A stretch of DNA of 64,000 bases. Source: Candidatus Latescibacterota bacterium. GTDB taxonomy: Bacteria; Latescibacterota; UBA2968; GCA-2709665. Within the stretch, counting starts at the first letter, position 1. Every line of letters begins with the position of its first letter. The notes beneath the pieces were generated by a model that saw only the letters and a program-made list of their open reading frames with translations, made no database searches and was not told the origin of the DNA. Both the position numbers and the translations under genes were made by a program. Location: positions 640,001-704,000 of the forward strand of contig OZ252100.1 in NCBI GenBank assembly GCA_965248435.1, given 5' to 3'. Positions 48,907 to 59,561 of this stretch are shown piece after piece.

Positions 48907-49503
48907 ATGTCCGCATCCATCTCATCCGTCGTCAACGTGTCAGGTCGCGGCATCCCGGTCCGCGGGAACGACATCGATACCGACCGTGTCATCCCCGCAC
49001 GCTACTTGATCAGCATCACGTTCGAGGGGCTTGGCGAACACGCCTTCGAGGACGATCGAAAGTCGACGGATCACCCCTTTGACGACTCGAGGTTCCAGGG
49101 CGCTTCGATTCTGATCGCCAACGCCAACTTCGGGTGCGGATCTTCTCGGGAGCACGCCCCCCAGGCCCTGATGCGGTGGGGCATCCGGGCGCTGGTGGCC
49201 GAATCGTTCGCCGAAATCTTCCAGGGAAACGCAACGGCAATGGGTGTCCCCTGCGTCACCGCCTCGCCTGAGGACGTCGGCGCGCTTATGGAGACCGTAG
49301 ACGGAGACCCCGCACAGGAGATCACCGTCGACCTGCGGGAAAAGACGCTGACCTGTGGCCAGACGGTAATTCCACTGGAGATCCCTGACGGCACCCGTGT
49401 CCAGCTTCTGGAGGGGGCGTGGGACGCCACCGGCATGCTGCTCGAGGGAGCCGAAAAAGTGCGCAGTGTCGCGAAGGGCCTGCCTTATATTTCAGGATTC
49501 TGA
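48907..49503 (+). CDS. leuD: 3-isopropylmalate dehydratase small subunit
   Basis: DIDTDRVIPARYL, NFGCGSSREHAP. Confidence 0.95.
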   Translation: MSASISSVVNVSGRGIPVRGNDIDTDRVIPARYLISITFEGLGEHAFEDDRKSTDHPFDDSRFQGASILIANANFGCGSSREHAPQALMRWGIRALVAESFAEIFQGNATAMGVPCVTASPEDVGALMETVDGDPAQEITVDLREKTLTCGQTVIPLEIPDGTRVQLLEGAWDATGMLLEGAEKVRSVAKGLPYISGF

Positions 49504-49634
49504 ATCTAACACACCACCGAGGTTTACGCCTCGCTGCTGACGGCGAACCTGGTGGCTGAGGTTGGCTGTCGTCAGACGATCGTCCGTTGCCGAACGACCT
49601 GATGCGGCAATGGACTTTTTCATTTGGAGGGACT

Positions 49635-50699
49635 TTGGCACACAAGATAGCAGTGATTCCTGGTGACGGCACGGGGGCGGAGGTGGTCGCCGAAGGCCTC
49701 AAGTGCCTGGAGACCGCGGCTGAAAAGTGCGGCTTCAAGTACGAGACCGTCGAATTCGACTTTGGTGGGGAGCGCTACAAACGGACCGGAGAGACCCTTC
49801 CCGACTCCGGGCTGGAGGAGTTGAGGTCCTTCAAAGCCATTTACCTCGGGGCCATCGGCCATCCTGATGTCAAACCGGGGATCCTGGAAAAGGGCATTCT
49901 CCTTCGCATCCGATTCGAGCTCGACCAGTACATCAACCTGCGTCCCGTCAAGCTCTACCCGAACGTCGACTGTCCGTTGAAGGGCAAGGGCCCTGAGGAG
50001 ATCGACTTCGTCGTCGTCCGCGAGAATACGGAGGGAATTTACACCGGGGCAGGTGGTTTTCTGAAGCGCGGCACGCCGGACGAAGTCGCGATGCAGGAAT
50101 CGATCAACACCCGGAAGGGCGTGGAGCGCTGCCTTCGCTACGCCTTCGAGTTCACCCGAAAGCGGAACCAGGAAAAGACGCTCACTCTGTGTGGCAAGAC
50201 CAACGTCCTTACCTATGCCTTCGACCTCTGGGAGCGCGCCTTCCACGAAGTCGGCGAAGCAGACTACCCGGATATCAAGAGAGATTATGCCCACGTAGAC
50301 GCGACCTGTATGTGGATGGTCAAAAACCCGGAATGGTTCGACGTGATCGTCACCGACAACATATTCGGGGACATCATCACCGACCTCGGAGCGATGATCC
50401 AGGGCGGCATGGGCGTCGCCGCCGGCGGGAACATCAACCCGGAAGGCACCTCCATGTTCGAGCCGATCGGCGGCTCCGCGCCGAAATACACCGGTCAGGG
50501 CATCATCAACCCGATCGCCTCCATCGCCGCGTGTCAGATGATGCTGGACACGCTCGGCGAAGAGAAAGCGGCGTCCATCCTCGAGGATGCGATCATCGAA
50601 GTCGTCGGCACGAAGCTGAAGAGCATGGGCGCAGGCCAGATGGGCTACAGCACGTCGGAGGTCGGAGATCTTGTCGCAGATGCAGTAGCCAGGGCGTAG
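49635..50699 (+). CDS. leuB: 3-isopropylmalate dehydrogenase
   Basis: [37 protein letters not shown]; TTG start with GGAGG. Confidence 0.93.
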   Translation: MAHKIAVIPGDGTGAEVVAEGLKCLETAAEKCGFKYETVEFDFGGERYKRTGETLPDSGLEELRSFKAIYLGAIGHPDVKPGILEKGILLRIRFELDQYINLRPVKLYPNVDCPLKGKGPEEIDFVVVRENTEGIYTGAGGFLKRGTPDEVAMQESINTRKGVERCLRYAFEFTRKRNQEKTLTLCGKTNVLTYAFDLWERAFHEVGEADYPDIKRDYAHVDATCMWMVKNPEWFDVIVTDNIFGDIITDLGAMIQGGMGVAAGGNINPEGTSMFEPIGGSAPKYTGQGIINPIASIAACQMMLDTLGEEKAASILEDAIIEVVGTKLKSMGAGQMGYSTSEVGDLVADAVARA

Positions 50700-50734
50700 G
50701 ACCACACAGGTTGGACCACAGTGGAGGAACTCAC

Positions 50735-51208
50735 GTGGCGCAAAAAGCGACTTTTGGGGCGGGCTGTTTCTGGGGCGTAGAAGCGGCGTTCCGCCAGGTT
50801 GAGGGCGTTCTGTCTACGGCGGTCGGGTACCTCGGGGGGTCTTTCGAAAACCCGACATATCAGGACGTCTGCTCAGGGACCACCGGACACGCGGAGGTCG
50901 TGGAAGTCGAATACGACCTGTCCAAGGTCTCGTACGATAAGCTTCTCGATCTGTTCTGGGAGATCCACGACCCGACGACGCCGAATCGCCAGGGCCCGGA
51001 CATCGGCTCACAGTACCGGTCCGCGATCTTTTTTCACGATCCGGAGCAGGAAGCGGCGGCCGTTGCGTCCAAAGCGAAACAGGAGAGCGGCGGCCGTTAC
51101 AGGCACCCGATCGTCACGGAGATCACGGCCGCATCCAAGTTCTATCTGGCGGAGGATTATCACCAGCAGTACCTGGAAAAACGGGGGCTTGCTAATTGCA
51201 AGATTTAA
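50735..51208 (+). CDS. msrA: Peptide methionine sulfoxide reductase MsrA
   Basis: [31 protein letters not shown]; GTG start with GGAGG. Confidence 0.95.
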   Translation: MAQKATFGAGCFWGVEAAFRQVEGVLSTAVGYLGGSFENPTYQDVCSGTTGHAEVVEVEYDLSKVSYDKLLDLFWEIHDPTTPNRQGPDIGSQYRSAIFFHDPEQEAAAVASKAKQESGGRYRHPIVTEITAASKFYLAEDYHQQYLEKRGLANCKI

Positions 51209-51238
51209 GCAAGAATATTACAGCGCAGTTTTCCGATT

Positions 51239-51341
51239 CTGGAGTATTGCAGTACTGGAGTGCTGGAGTATTGGACAACCGGGAGCCTAGCCCTGTCGCC
51301 ACAACACTCCATTACCCCAACACTCCATTACCCCAACATTC
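51239..51341. repeat. Octamer-periodic inverted repeat
   Basis: TGGAGTAT TGCAGTAC TGGAGTGC TGGAGTAT ... CAACACTC CATTACCC CAACACTC CATTACCC. Confidence 0.75.
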
Positions 51342-51358
51342 ACGCTCTTTTCCTCATC

Positions 51359-52240
51359 ATGTTTGAACAGGTAAGCCATGTCGTGATGGTGATGCGAGAC
51401 CTTGCCCCCTGCCAGGCCTTCTACAGCGATGCTGTGGGTCTCACAGAAATCGGTCGGAGTGAAGGTCCGGCCGGTCCGGTCTGCCTCTTCAGGCTGGGGC
51501 CATCTGTTCTGGAACTGCATCAGGACCCTTCGGCACCCCCTCCTGTCGCCGACCCCGATAACCCCGCAGAGATTCCGGCAGCCTGGATGCCGGTCAACCA
51601 CATCGCTCTGTTCGCCGAAAGCGCAGACGGGGTCTATTCTGCGTTGAAGGAAGATGTGCCGTTCAAGGGTCCGCCACACACGACCCCGGTCGGCCATAGA
51701 AACACCCAGAGAGCGCTGATGGGATTCTTCGACCCCAACGGATTCAACGTGCAGGTTTCCGAACCGGTCGATCCTCGCAGCCACCTCGAACCCCGGCGGA
51801 ACGCAAAGCGCGAAATGGCAGGCGAATCACGCGGCAAGCTTTTCGGTGGGATAGATCACATCTCGCTCGGCTGTTCCGATTTTGGCGCTAGCCGGGCGTT
51901 CTATGGTGACACACTGGGATTAGAAGAATTCTTTTACAGCACGAGCCGCGAGGAAGGCCAGGAAGTGTCGGGTGATTTCGAGCAGGGCGCCTTTGCGGTC
52001 GGCGGCACCGATATCGAGCTCGCCACGAGGCCGAGCGACGGCGGACCGGGCACCGTCAGACAACTCGGGCTCTCGACCTCCGACATCGACAGGGCGTATG
52101 AGGTGCTGCGGGACCGAGGATTGCAACCCGACGGTCCCCCATCCGAATCCACACCGATCCCCCAGGTGCGGCGGCGTGCCTTTACCCTGCGGGATCCAGA
52201 CGATCTGTCCGTCCAAATCACTCAATCGATACAGGGCTGA
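51359..52240 (+). CDS. Two-domain VOC/glyoxalase family protein
   Basis: HV...DL....FY...GL, LELH, NHIAL, DPNG; second module DHISL..FYGDTLGL, DPDD. Confidence 0.8.
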   Translation: MFEQVSHVVMVMRDLAPCQAFYSDAVGLTEIGRSEGPAGPVCLFRLGPSVLELHQDPSAPPPVADPDNPAEIPAAWMPVNHIALFAESADGVYSALKEDVPFKGPPHTTPVGHRNTQRALMGFFDPNGFNVQVSEPVDPRSHLEPRRNAKREMAGESRGKLFGGIDHISLGCSDFGASRAFYGDTLGLEEFFYSTSREEGQEVSGDFEQGAFAVGGTDIELATRPSDGGPGTVRQLGLSTSDIDRAYEVLRDRGLQPDGPPSESTPIPQVRRRAFTLRDPDDLSVQITQSIQG

Positions 52241-52248
52241 GGTGAAAA

Positions 52249-52626
52249 TTGACGGTCGCCGTATCGATCTTCGGTCTCCTGGTTGTCGCGTTCGGCGCGT
52301 GGGGTGTCGTACATCCCCAATCGATCATGCGCTTCGGGGCCTCCTTCTGGCACTCTGACCGGGGCGCCGGTTTCGGAGTTGGAGGCCGGGTGGTTTTTGG
52401 TCTCCTGCTCATCCTGGCCGCGCCTGAAACCCGGTTTCCCGATGGCGTGCTTGTCCTCGGGCTTGTGACGCTGCTCGCCGCACTGGCCATCCTGGTTATC
52501 GGCTTCGATCAGCTGCGCACCTTCGTGGACCGGTGGCCCCCTACCAGGAGCGGGCTCATGCGACTCTGGGCGCTCGTGGCGATCGCCCTCGGCGTCTTCC
52601 TGGTTCACGCCGCGAAATTAATCTGA
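52249..52626 (+). CDS. Small membrane protein, hypothetical
   Basis: Four hydrophobic segments; RBS GAGGTG. Confidence 0.6.
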   Translation: MTVAVSIFGLLVVAFGAWGVVHPQSIMRFGASFWHSDRGAGFGVGGRVVFGLLLILAAPETRFPDGVLVLGLVTLLAALAILVIGFDQLRTFVDRWPPTRSGLMRLWALVAIALGVFLVHAAKLI

Positions 52627-52666
52627 TCACAGGACTACTCACAGATGATGTCAAAGGGAGGTCTTT

Positions 52667-53035
52667 ATGGAGTTCATCGATTCGAGGCAGGATTTTCCGA
52701 TCAGCAAGGCCGTCATTCACAATGGGAAAGTGCTGGAGACGGTGTTGACCGCCATCCCGAAGGGGCAAACCAAACCGGTAGAAGGCGGGGCGGGTGCCGA
52801 GATGCGCGAGATCTTCAGCCAGCTGGATGTGATCCTGGCCGAGGCCGGTCTGGACAAGACGAACCTGTGCACGGCGCGTCTCTACCTCGAAAACGTCCTT
52901 AGTGATGTGGCTGAAGTCAACAAAGCCTGGACTGAGTATCTGGGCGACCACGCTGTCTGCCGGCGCTGTTACGGTGTTGACCTCCAGTCGGGTATGCTGG
53001 TGGAAGCGGCATTCGTAGCGGAATTTCCGGAATGA
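52667..53035 (+). CDS. RidA/YjgF family protein
   Basis: SKAVIHNG, L..AG, N..W, R.C, LVE. Confidence 0.8.
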   Translation: MEFIDSRQDFPISKAVIHNGKVLETVLTAIPKGQTKPVEGGAGAEMREIFSQLDVILAEAGLDKTNLCTARLYLENVLSDVAEVNKAWTEYLGDHAVCRRCYGVDLQSGMLVEAAFVAEFPE

Positions 53036-53883
53036 CAGCGCCCTCTCCTGCTACAAGTATGAATAAGACGTGCATCAAGCGCGGTGAGCCGTTCAGCGAG
53101 GCGCGCACGGACGGAATCATCCTGGAGTTCAAGCGGGAGGGGTTTGTGCTCATCCCCGGCGTTCTGGACAAGGAGGAGACGAGCGCGCTCAGGGCGAAGA
53201 CCGATGAACTGTTCGAGACTCCGGAGCTGACCGAGTCCGGACATAAGGGCAAAAGGTCGTTCATCGTCTGGCATCTGAATGAGCTGGACCGTATCTGGTG
53301 CGACATGCTGATTCGGGACCCGATCTATTCGCTGATGGAAGCGCTCCTGGGCTCCGGTTTCCAGCAGTGCGGAAACCAGGTACTGCGCAACAGAGGAGAG
53401 GATAGAATCGATCACTGGCACGTCGACAACAGGCTTTGGGTGCCCCTGCCGGAAGACATCCCACGCTTCGACGCCCGCATCGAGATGCCCATATTCTGGC
53501 TCACAGTACAGATCGCCCTTTCGGACATCGACACGATGGACCACGGCCCGACGCAGTATGTTCCCGAGAGTCACTACTCCGGGAGAAATCCACCCAAGGA
53601 CGATCCGGCACCGGAGTTCGAGGGCCGAGGGCCGGTCTCCATCCTTTGCAGGGCAGGCGACATCTATCTTCACAACCCGCAGTGCTGGCATCGGGGCACA
53701 CCGAACAGCTCCGGCGAGTACCGCTATCTGCTCCAGCAGCAGTATGGCCAGCCCTGGGCGTTCCGCCGCTATAACGCCTACATCAAATACGAAATGCCGG
53801 AGCGTCTTATGGAAGACGCGGATGAAAGGCTCTTCAACGTGCTGGGCAGCTTTCGCTTCAACCCCGAGGATTACTATCGGTGA
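53032..53883 (+). CDS. Phytanoyl-CoA dioxygenase (PhyH) family
   Basis: F.REGF, WHVD, GPT.YVP.SH, AGD, WHRG..N. Confidence 0.85.
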   Translation: MTAPSPATSMNKTCIKRGEPFSEARTDGIILEFKREGFVLIPGVLDKEETSALRAKTDELFETPELTESGHKGKRSFIVWHLNELDRIWCDMLIRDPIYSLMEALLGSGFQQCGNQVLRNRGEDRIDHWHVDNRLWVPLPEDIPRFDARIEMPIFWLTVQIALSDIDTMDHGPTQYVPESHYSGRNPPKDDPAPEFEGRGPVSILCRAGDIYLHNPQCWHRGTPNSSGEYRYLLQQQYGQPWAFRRYNAYIKYEMPERLMEDADERLFNVLGSFRFNPEDYYR

Positions 53884-53904
53884 TGCAGAAATCGGTGGTC
53901 AGAT

Positions 53905-53939
53905 GACCACGGACAGCGGACCGCAGACGGCAGACGGCG
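53905..53939 (+). repeat. Heptamer array (GACCRCR family), copy 3
   Basis: GACCACG GACAGCG GACCGCA GACGGCA GACGGCG. Confidence 0.7.
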
Positions 53940-53961
53940 ATACGATTTACGGAGTACCTTC

Positions 53962-54753
53962 ATGACCAAACGAGCGCTGCATACCCTGACCGAGGATCAG
54001 GTGAACGAATTCGGGCTGAACGGCTTCCTGGTGGTCGAGGATGTCCTGTCGGCTGATGAGGTCGAAACCGTCGCCGACAGGTGTGATTTCATCGCTTCCG
54101 GCAGCGCTGAACACATTCCGGAGACCGGCGTCCAGCTGGAGCCGGAATTTCGCGAGGGAAGACGGCCCGTCACGGACCAGGTGATGCAGGTCCGGAAGCT
54201 CTACAACACAGCTGCGGTCGACGAGGTGATGTGGAACCACGCCTGCAACACCAAGATCGTTGACATCATCGCCGACCTGCTGGGTACCGAGGACATCAAG
54301 ATGTACGGCGACCAGCTGTTCATGAAGCCCCCCGAGGTCGGGTCGGTCCAGCGATGGCACATGGACTCCGGTTCGTGGCGCAACATCTTCCCGATGGACC
54401 TGGTCACTGCGTGGACCGCCCTCGACGACGCCACGTCGGAAAACGGATGTATGGAGTTTATCCCGGGCTCTCACCACTGGGGCATGATGACGAAGGACCA
54501 GCTGGAACCTTTTGTGGACGACTTCGGAAAAGACCCCTGGCCGATCGTGCCCATGCCTCTGCGCTCGGGCAGCATCAGTTTCCACCACAGCCTCGTGCTG
54601 CACGGGAGCGGCGCGAACCAGTCCGGCAAGCGCCGTCGAGGCTACGCCGTGCACTACATGCGTGCGAACTCCCTTAACGATGAATCGGTGAACGGCCCGA
54701 AGATGCCGCCGTTCAAGCAGGTGCGGGGCCGCTCTTTTCCAGGACGCGTTTGA
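53962..54753 (+). CDS. Phytanoyl-CoA dioxygenase (PhyH) family
   Basis: KPP..G..WHMD, ALDDAT.ENGCM..IPGSH, LHGSGAN. Confidence 0.9.
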   Translation: MTKRALHTLTEDQVNEFGLNGFLVVEDVLSADEVETVADRCDFIASGSAEHIPETGVQLEPEFREGRRPVTDQVMQVRKLYNTAAVDEVMWNHACNTKIVDIIADLLGTEDIKMYGDQLFMKPPEVGSVQRWHMDSGSWRNIFPMDLVTAWTALDDATSENGCMEFIPGSHHWGMMTKDQLEPFVDDFGKDPWPIVPMPLRSGSISFHHSLVLHGSGANQSGKRRRGYAVHYMRANSLNDESVNGPKMPPFKQVRGRSFPGRV

Positions 54754-54754
54754 G

Positions 54755-56002
54755 ATGACACAGACGAATCCACAAACAGAAGCAAGACGCACCGATCCCG
54801 ATTTCGTGATTTATGTGCCTCGCGGCAACGATGATTCTGTTGAATCGAGGAACGTTCACGTCATCGTGACGCCAACGCCTGGCGGGATCTTTCTCGCCAC
54901 CTGGACCCAGGCAGACGTCCTGCACGGACCTAACCAGCGCATCGTCGTGTCTCGCAGTCACGATCGGGGACAGACCTGGACCGAACCTGAAGTGATCGAC
55001 GAACCGGAGCCCGGAACCGAGCACATCGCTTCGTGGTCCAACCTGGTCGTCGCCCCGGAGACGGGTCGGGTCTATTGCCTCTACCACAAGAACAAAGGCG
55101 TCGATTTCGACCGGGGGCATACCGGTGTGCTGGCCTGGCGGGTCTCGGATGACGAAGGGACCACGTGGAGCGACCGGTTTCAGACCACGATCGGCCGTGG
55201 GGCGATCGATCACCCGGATGAGGGAGTTCCGAGCAACTGGGTAACGGCGGGCTGGCAGGCGCCCATCGTCACGGAAACGGGTCAGGTCCTCTGCCCCATC
55301 ACGCGGTGGGCCAGTCCGAGCTATCACCAGCGGGAGCCCAAGTCTTTCGCGCTGCAGCATCACGAGGCCTGGTTCCTGCGATTCGAGAACATCCTGACCG
55401 AACCCGATCCGTCTAAGCTGGAGGTGACCACCCTTCCCCGGGCAGATCACGGAATCCGCGTCCCCAACCCGGAGGAACCGGGATACAGCGCGTCCATGGA
55501 ACCAGCGATACAGAATCTGTCCGACGGTCGGATCTTCTGCCTTCTGCGGACCATGACCGGGTCGATCTTCTACTCTGTTTCTGGAGATTTCGGAGAAACC
55601 TGGTCCGAGCCGGACGTGCTGCGCTACGCGGCGGGTGGGGCCGAAGTACACCACCCCAATTCGCCTTGCCCGTTGTTTAGACTCGAGGATGGCCGTTATC
55701 TGCTGTTTTATCACAACAACGACGGGACAGCGAACGGGGGGACCGGACCGGGGGATGTCAGGTCCCGTGGTCCCGTGTTTGTCAGCGTGGGACACGAAAT
55801 CGACAACCCCGATGGCCAACCCGTTGCCTTCGCCGACCCGAAACTGTTCTACGACAACGGCGGCAAGTCCGGGCTGGCCCTCTACGGCAGCTTTTTCGAA
55901 CATGACGGAGTTCGCTACTGGTGGTACCCTGACGCTATGCGCTTCCTGCTCGGCAAAGTCGTGAGGGATGAACTCCTGAATGACGCCGGGTTACCGTCTT
56001 AA
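54755..56002 (+). CDS. Sialidase/BNR-repeat family protein
   Basis: Asp-boxes SHDRGQTW, SDDEGTTW, SGDFGETW. Confidence 0.8.
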   Translation: MTQTNPQTEARRTDPDFVIYVPRGNDDSVESRNVHVIVTPTPGGIFLATWTQADVLHGPNQRIVVSRSHDRGQTWTEPEVIDEPEPGTEHIASWSNLVVAPETGRVYCLYHKNKGVDFDRGHTGVLAWRVSDDEGTTWSDRFQTTIGRGAIDHPDEGVPSNWVTAGWQAPIVTETGQVLCPITRWASPSYHQREPKSFALQHHEAWFLRFENILTEPDPSKLEVTTLPRADHGIRVPNPEEPGYSASMEPAIQNLSDGRIFCLLRTMTGSIFYSVSGDFGETWSEPDVLRYAAGGAEVHHPNSPCPLFRLEDGRYLLFYHNNDGTANGGTGPGDVRSRGPVFVSVGHEIDNPDGQPVAFADPKLFYDNGGKSGLALYGSFFEHDGVRYWWYPDAMRFLLGKVVRDELLNDAGLPS

Positions 56003-56044
56003 TGCGCTACAAAGCAAATCAGGTTTCTTTAAAGAGAGGTTCCA

Positions 56045-56458
56045 ATGCCAATTCCTGAGTCCGTGAAGCGGGCACTCGCAGCGAAGGGGAACAGGAAGAC
56101 CGATTTTGACCGGGTCAGAGCGGCCCTTAATCACGAGGAACCGGACTGCGTCCCTGTATGGGAGACGACGATCGAACCCGAAATCAAGCAGCAGTTCATG
56201 GGGCGCCCGCTCAAAGGACACGCCGAGGAGATGGAATTCTTTAAATTGGCGGGCTATGACGCCTACCCTGTCTCCCCGACCGTCATCAGCGTTCACGCGA
56301 AACGCAGGCAAGTCGGAAAGGATAGGGGCGGCGTCAAGGCGACAAGCTATACCACGAGTGCCTACAACCTCTCCGAAGAGATGGGGGCTGACGGATACGG
56401 CAAGGACGCGATCGCCTGTGTTGAAAGGGCCAAAGAACTCCTCGGCATCCCCGTTTAG
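56045..56458 (+). pseudogene. Chimeric remnant: UroD/MtaA-family N-terminus fused to corrinoid-protein C-terminus
   Basis: RVRAALNHEEPDCVPVWE start; EEMGADGYGKDAIACVERAKELL end; only 137 aa. Confidence 0.6.
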
Positions 56459-56470
56459 GGAATCGGATCC

Positions 56471-57298
56471 ATGGCACAATCGACCAAATTGCAAGGAAAA
56501 CGCGTGCTGGTCACCGGAGCCGGAACCGGCATCGGCAGGGGGATCGCCCTGGAATTCGCGAAGCAGGGGGCGGCCGTGGCCCTGCATTACTACAATGAAG
56601 CCGGCGCGCAGATCGCGGTGGATGAGATCAACGCAGCGGGCGGCAAGGCCGAGGCCTTCCAGGCCGATCTGCGGGAAATCGAACAGGGTCGAACGCTGGC
56701 CGACCAGGCACTGGATTTCCTCGGGGGAATCGATGTGCTGGTGAACAACGCCGGCATCACGTTGAACAAGCCTTTTCTGGAAGTCACTCCGGAGCAGTTC
56801 GATACCTTATATAATGTAAACATCCGGGCCATGTATTTTCTGACCCAGGCTGTCGTGCCCGGCATGATCGAGCGGGAAGACGGCGTGGTGGTCAATTTGG
56901 CCTCTATCCACGCCTATGCCGGAATGACGGAACACACGGTCTATGCCGGGACGAAGGCTGCAATCGTGGCCTTCACCCGGGTCCTGGCCCTGGAGCTGGC
57001 ACAGAAAGGGGTTCGTGTGAATGCGATCGCACCGGGCTGGATGCTGGTGGAAAACCACATTGAGGCCATGGGTGATTTCGACTTTGATGAGTTCGGAACC
57101 CGCATCCCCGCGGGACGGATCGGCACGCCCCAGGACATCGGCTCTCTGGCCGTCTTCCTTGCCTCGGACGAAGCCCGATATTTCGTTGGCCAGACCCTCG
57201 TCATGGACGGCGGCATGACTGCGATCATGCCGCTGACGGGCGATTTTAGAGAGCGTCGCACGGAACAGTTTGGAAAGGGATATGTCCCGGGGCTCTAG
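56471..57298 (+). CDS. Short-chain dehydrogenase/reductase
   Basis: TGAGTGIG, NNAG, YAGTK, VNAIAPG. Confidence 0.93.
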   Translation: MAQSTKLQGKRVLVTGAGTGIGRGIALEFAKQGAAVALHYYNEAGAQIAVDEINAAGGKAEAFQADLREIEQGRTLADQALDFLGGIDVLVNNAGITLNKPFLEVTPEQFDTLYNVNIRAMYFLTQAVVPGMIEREDGVVVNLASIHAYAGMTEHTVYAGTKAAIVAFTRVLALELAQKGVRVNAIAPGWMLVENHIEAMGDFDFDEFGTRIPAGRIGTPQDIGSLAVFLASDEARYFVGQTLVMDGGMTAIMPLTGDFRERRTEQFGKGYVPGL

Positions 57299-57317
57299 CC
57301 AGCTGGAAGGATCAGGG

Positions 57318-59525
57318 ATGACCGTAAGAGGTAGGGTCATACAGGGCGAAACAGGCGAGGGAATGTCTGGAATCGCCGTTTCAAACGGCTGGACCATCAC
57401 GCTCACACGGGATGACGGAGCCTTCGAACTCGATGTGGATCTTACTCGCTACCCCTTCGTATTCCTGAATACGCCCTCGGGATTTCGACCTGCAGACTCT
57501 TTCTATCGCAGAATCGATGCGCTTGAGGATGCTCAGGATATCGTCCAGTTCGATTTGATTCCGGACCCCTCCCGGAGTAAGGCCAAACTGCGACTGGCGG
57601 CTGTGAGCGACGCCCACATTGTGCTAGATGACAAGCAGCAGGGCGTTTCCATTGTCTCCACCGAAGAGGTTTTGCAGGATCTTTCCCAGGTTATTCGTGA
57701 GTGTCAGCCCGATTTCATCGTGAACACCGGTGACCTCACGAGTCAAGGCACCGAAGAGGCATTTGCAGCTTACAACGCGGCGGTCGATAAGGTGGGTGTG
57801 CCAGTGATGTCGCTCGTGGGCAATCACGATATGAATGAGAGCCCGCATCCCGATTCAGCCCACCTGAAGAGTCTCGGTCCAGATCAGTACAGTTTCGACT
57901 GGGGACCATTCCATTTTGTTGTATACCCGTGGCCCGAGCCTGAAAACGGGACCAGAGAAAAACGTTTCGACGAGTGGTTCAGGGCCGATCTCGCGCGACA
58001 GACTGAGACAAAGAAGGTCGTAGTCGTTGCCCACGGTCCACCCGGACCAACCACAGAAAATGAAACCACGTCCTACTCCTCGTATGTGCCACGTGAAGTA
58101 TGGGACGACCCTCGCGTCATACTTGTGTTGCACGGTCATTATCACACGACACGAGTCCTGAACATCGGTTCCACCTGGGTCGTTTCGATTCCCTGTCTGA
58201 CACGAGGCACGATTGACACGAATCCTCGGGGCTATGCGCTCATCGACCTGGCCGAGGATGACGTTAAGGTAACCATTCGAGCGTTGCGACAAACGGTCCA
58301 TGTGGACGGAGAGCCACCTCCGGCACTGTTCACTAAGTCAAGAGATCTGCCCCTTCAAAGAAAATGGACGCAGGTTTTGCCCTGCAGTCTGCACCGCTCC
58401 GAAGTCATCGAATGGAACGCTCAGATTCTGCTGACGACCGGCGATGTGGGAGATGCCGACGGCTACGGCATCTGGTGCCTTGAAGGCGACACAGGTAAGG
58501 TGGATTGGCACATTCGCACGGATTCTGTCGTAAAAACAGGGCCTGCAGTGTCCAGCGACGATCGAAGATCGATAGGCGTAGCGGCGAGTGTCGCCGGCCG
58601 AGTATATGGCTTTGACCCGAGCAGCGGTAACATTTTGTGGGAGAGCGAATTGCCCGGCTATCCAAATCGTTGGCTGCACTCCCAGCCGGTCATCAGCAAC
58701 GGCAGAGCGATTGTCGCGAACCGCTGCTCCAGGACGGCGCTGGATCTATACAGCGGAAGCGTCCAGTGGCATCACGACGAGCCGGGCGTTGAAGACGACG
58801 CACAGTCGGCCTGCCATCAAAGCCCTGTTGCTTTGAACGGTAAACTACATTTCGTCAAAAATGACGGGAAGCGGGGGATGAAGCTGGTTACGATCTCTCT
58901 CGAAAACGGAGAAGTGGAATGGGAGGCCCCTCTGGACGCTGTGGATGAGGTCCTTAGAGAGCGCTATCCTAGGCGCCACATGCGCCAGTGCGCTTCTGTC
59001 CTGCGGACGGGAGACGAAATCGTATCGCCAGGATTTTGGGATCAGGTGGCCATGTTCTCCTGCGAGACGGGAGAGGCCCTGTGGCAGAATCCTCTGCTCG
59101 ATTCTGGAGAACGCGCAAACCTCTCAGTGGCCGAAATGGGTGCTGCGTTTGCCTGGGGATTTGCTATCTCCGGGCGACACATCCTGGCAACAACCGCCGA
59201 CGGTTACGCCTACGCGATCGATCGGTCTACGGGTCAACGCATCTGGAGAACACGGACCTGCGCGGATCCATTGATGGACATGGTGCCCCATTACCGGGGC
59301 ACGGCGCACGTGCAAACCCACCCCGTCCAGTTTGACAACCTCATACTCACAGGGGGATCGGACGGCTACCTTGTTGTCCTTGACCCGGAGTCTGGGGATG
59401 TCGTGGAACGCTTCTTCTTCGACTCCCCGATTACCGTTCCCCCCCTCGTGACCGATCGGGGAATAGGCGTGTTCGCCTTCGATGGCCGGGTAACGTGGTA
59501 CGAACCTTTCCGGGATACTGCCTGA
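57318..59525 (+). CDS. Calcineurin-like metallophosphoesterase fused to PQQ-type beta-propeller
   Basis: SDAH, TGDL, GNHD, HGHYH; repeated G...W propeller motifs. Confidence 0.8.
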   Translation: MTVRGRVIQGETGEGMSGIAVSNGWTITLTRDDGAFELDVDLTRYPFVFLNTPSGFRPADSFYRRIDALEDAQDIVQFDLIPDPSRSKAKLRLAAVSDAHIVLDDKQQGVSIVSTEEVLQDLSQVIRECQPDFIVNTGDLTSQGTEEAFAAYNAAVDKVGVPVMSLVGNHDMNESPHPDSAHLKSLGPDQYSFDWGPFHFVVYPWPEPENGTREKRFDEWFRADLARQTETKKVVVVAHGPPGPTTENETTSYSSYVPREVWDDPRVILVLHGHYHTTRVLNIGSTWVVSIPCLTRGTIDTNPRGYALIDLAEDDVKVTIRALRQTVHVDGEPPPALFTKSRDLPLQRKWTQVLPCSLHRSEVIEWNAQILLTTGDVGDADGYGIWCLEGDTGKVDWHIRTDSVVKTGPAVSSDDRRSIGVAASVAGRVYGFDPSSGNILWESELPGYPNRWLHSQPVISNGRAIVANRCSRTALDLYSGSVQWHHDEPGVEDDAQSACHQSPVALNGKLHFVKNDGKRGMKLVTISLENGEVEWEAPLDAVDEVLRERYPRRHMRQCASVLRTGDEIVSPGFWDQVAMFSCETGEALWQNPLLDSGERANLSVAEMGAAFAWGFAISGRHILATTADGYAYAIDRSTGQRIWRTRTCADPLMDMVPHYRGTAHVQTHPVQFDNLILTGGSDGYLVVLDPESGDVVERFFFDSPITVPPLVTDRGIGVFAFDGRVTWYEPFRDTA

Positions 59526-59561
59526 TCTGAGTGATTTTCCTGGAATGAAGGATCAAAACCC

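Noticed and set aside
47390-50705. Long minus-strand ORFs of 423 aa and 361 aa
   Set aside because: Antisense to leuC and leuB; no independent evidence.
50189-50734. Apparent N-terminal extension of MsrA (339-aa ORF)
   Set aside because: Overlaps leuB in another frame; the likely start is GTG 50735 with a GGAGG RBS.
51239-51341. Short repeat arrays as a possible CRISPR
   Set aside because: Units are 7-8 bp with no unique spacers, and there are no cas genes in the window.
54713-55903. 396-aa minus-strand ORF
   Set aside because: Antisense shadow of the sialidase-like gene.
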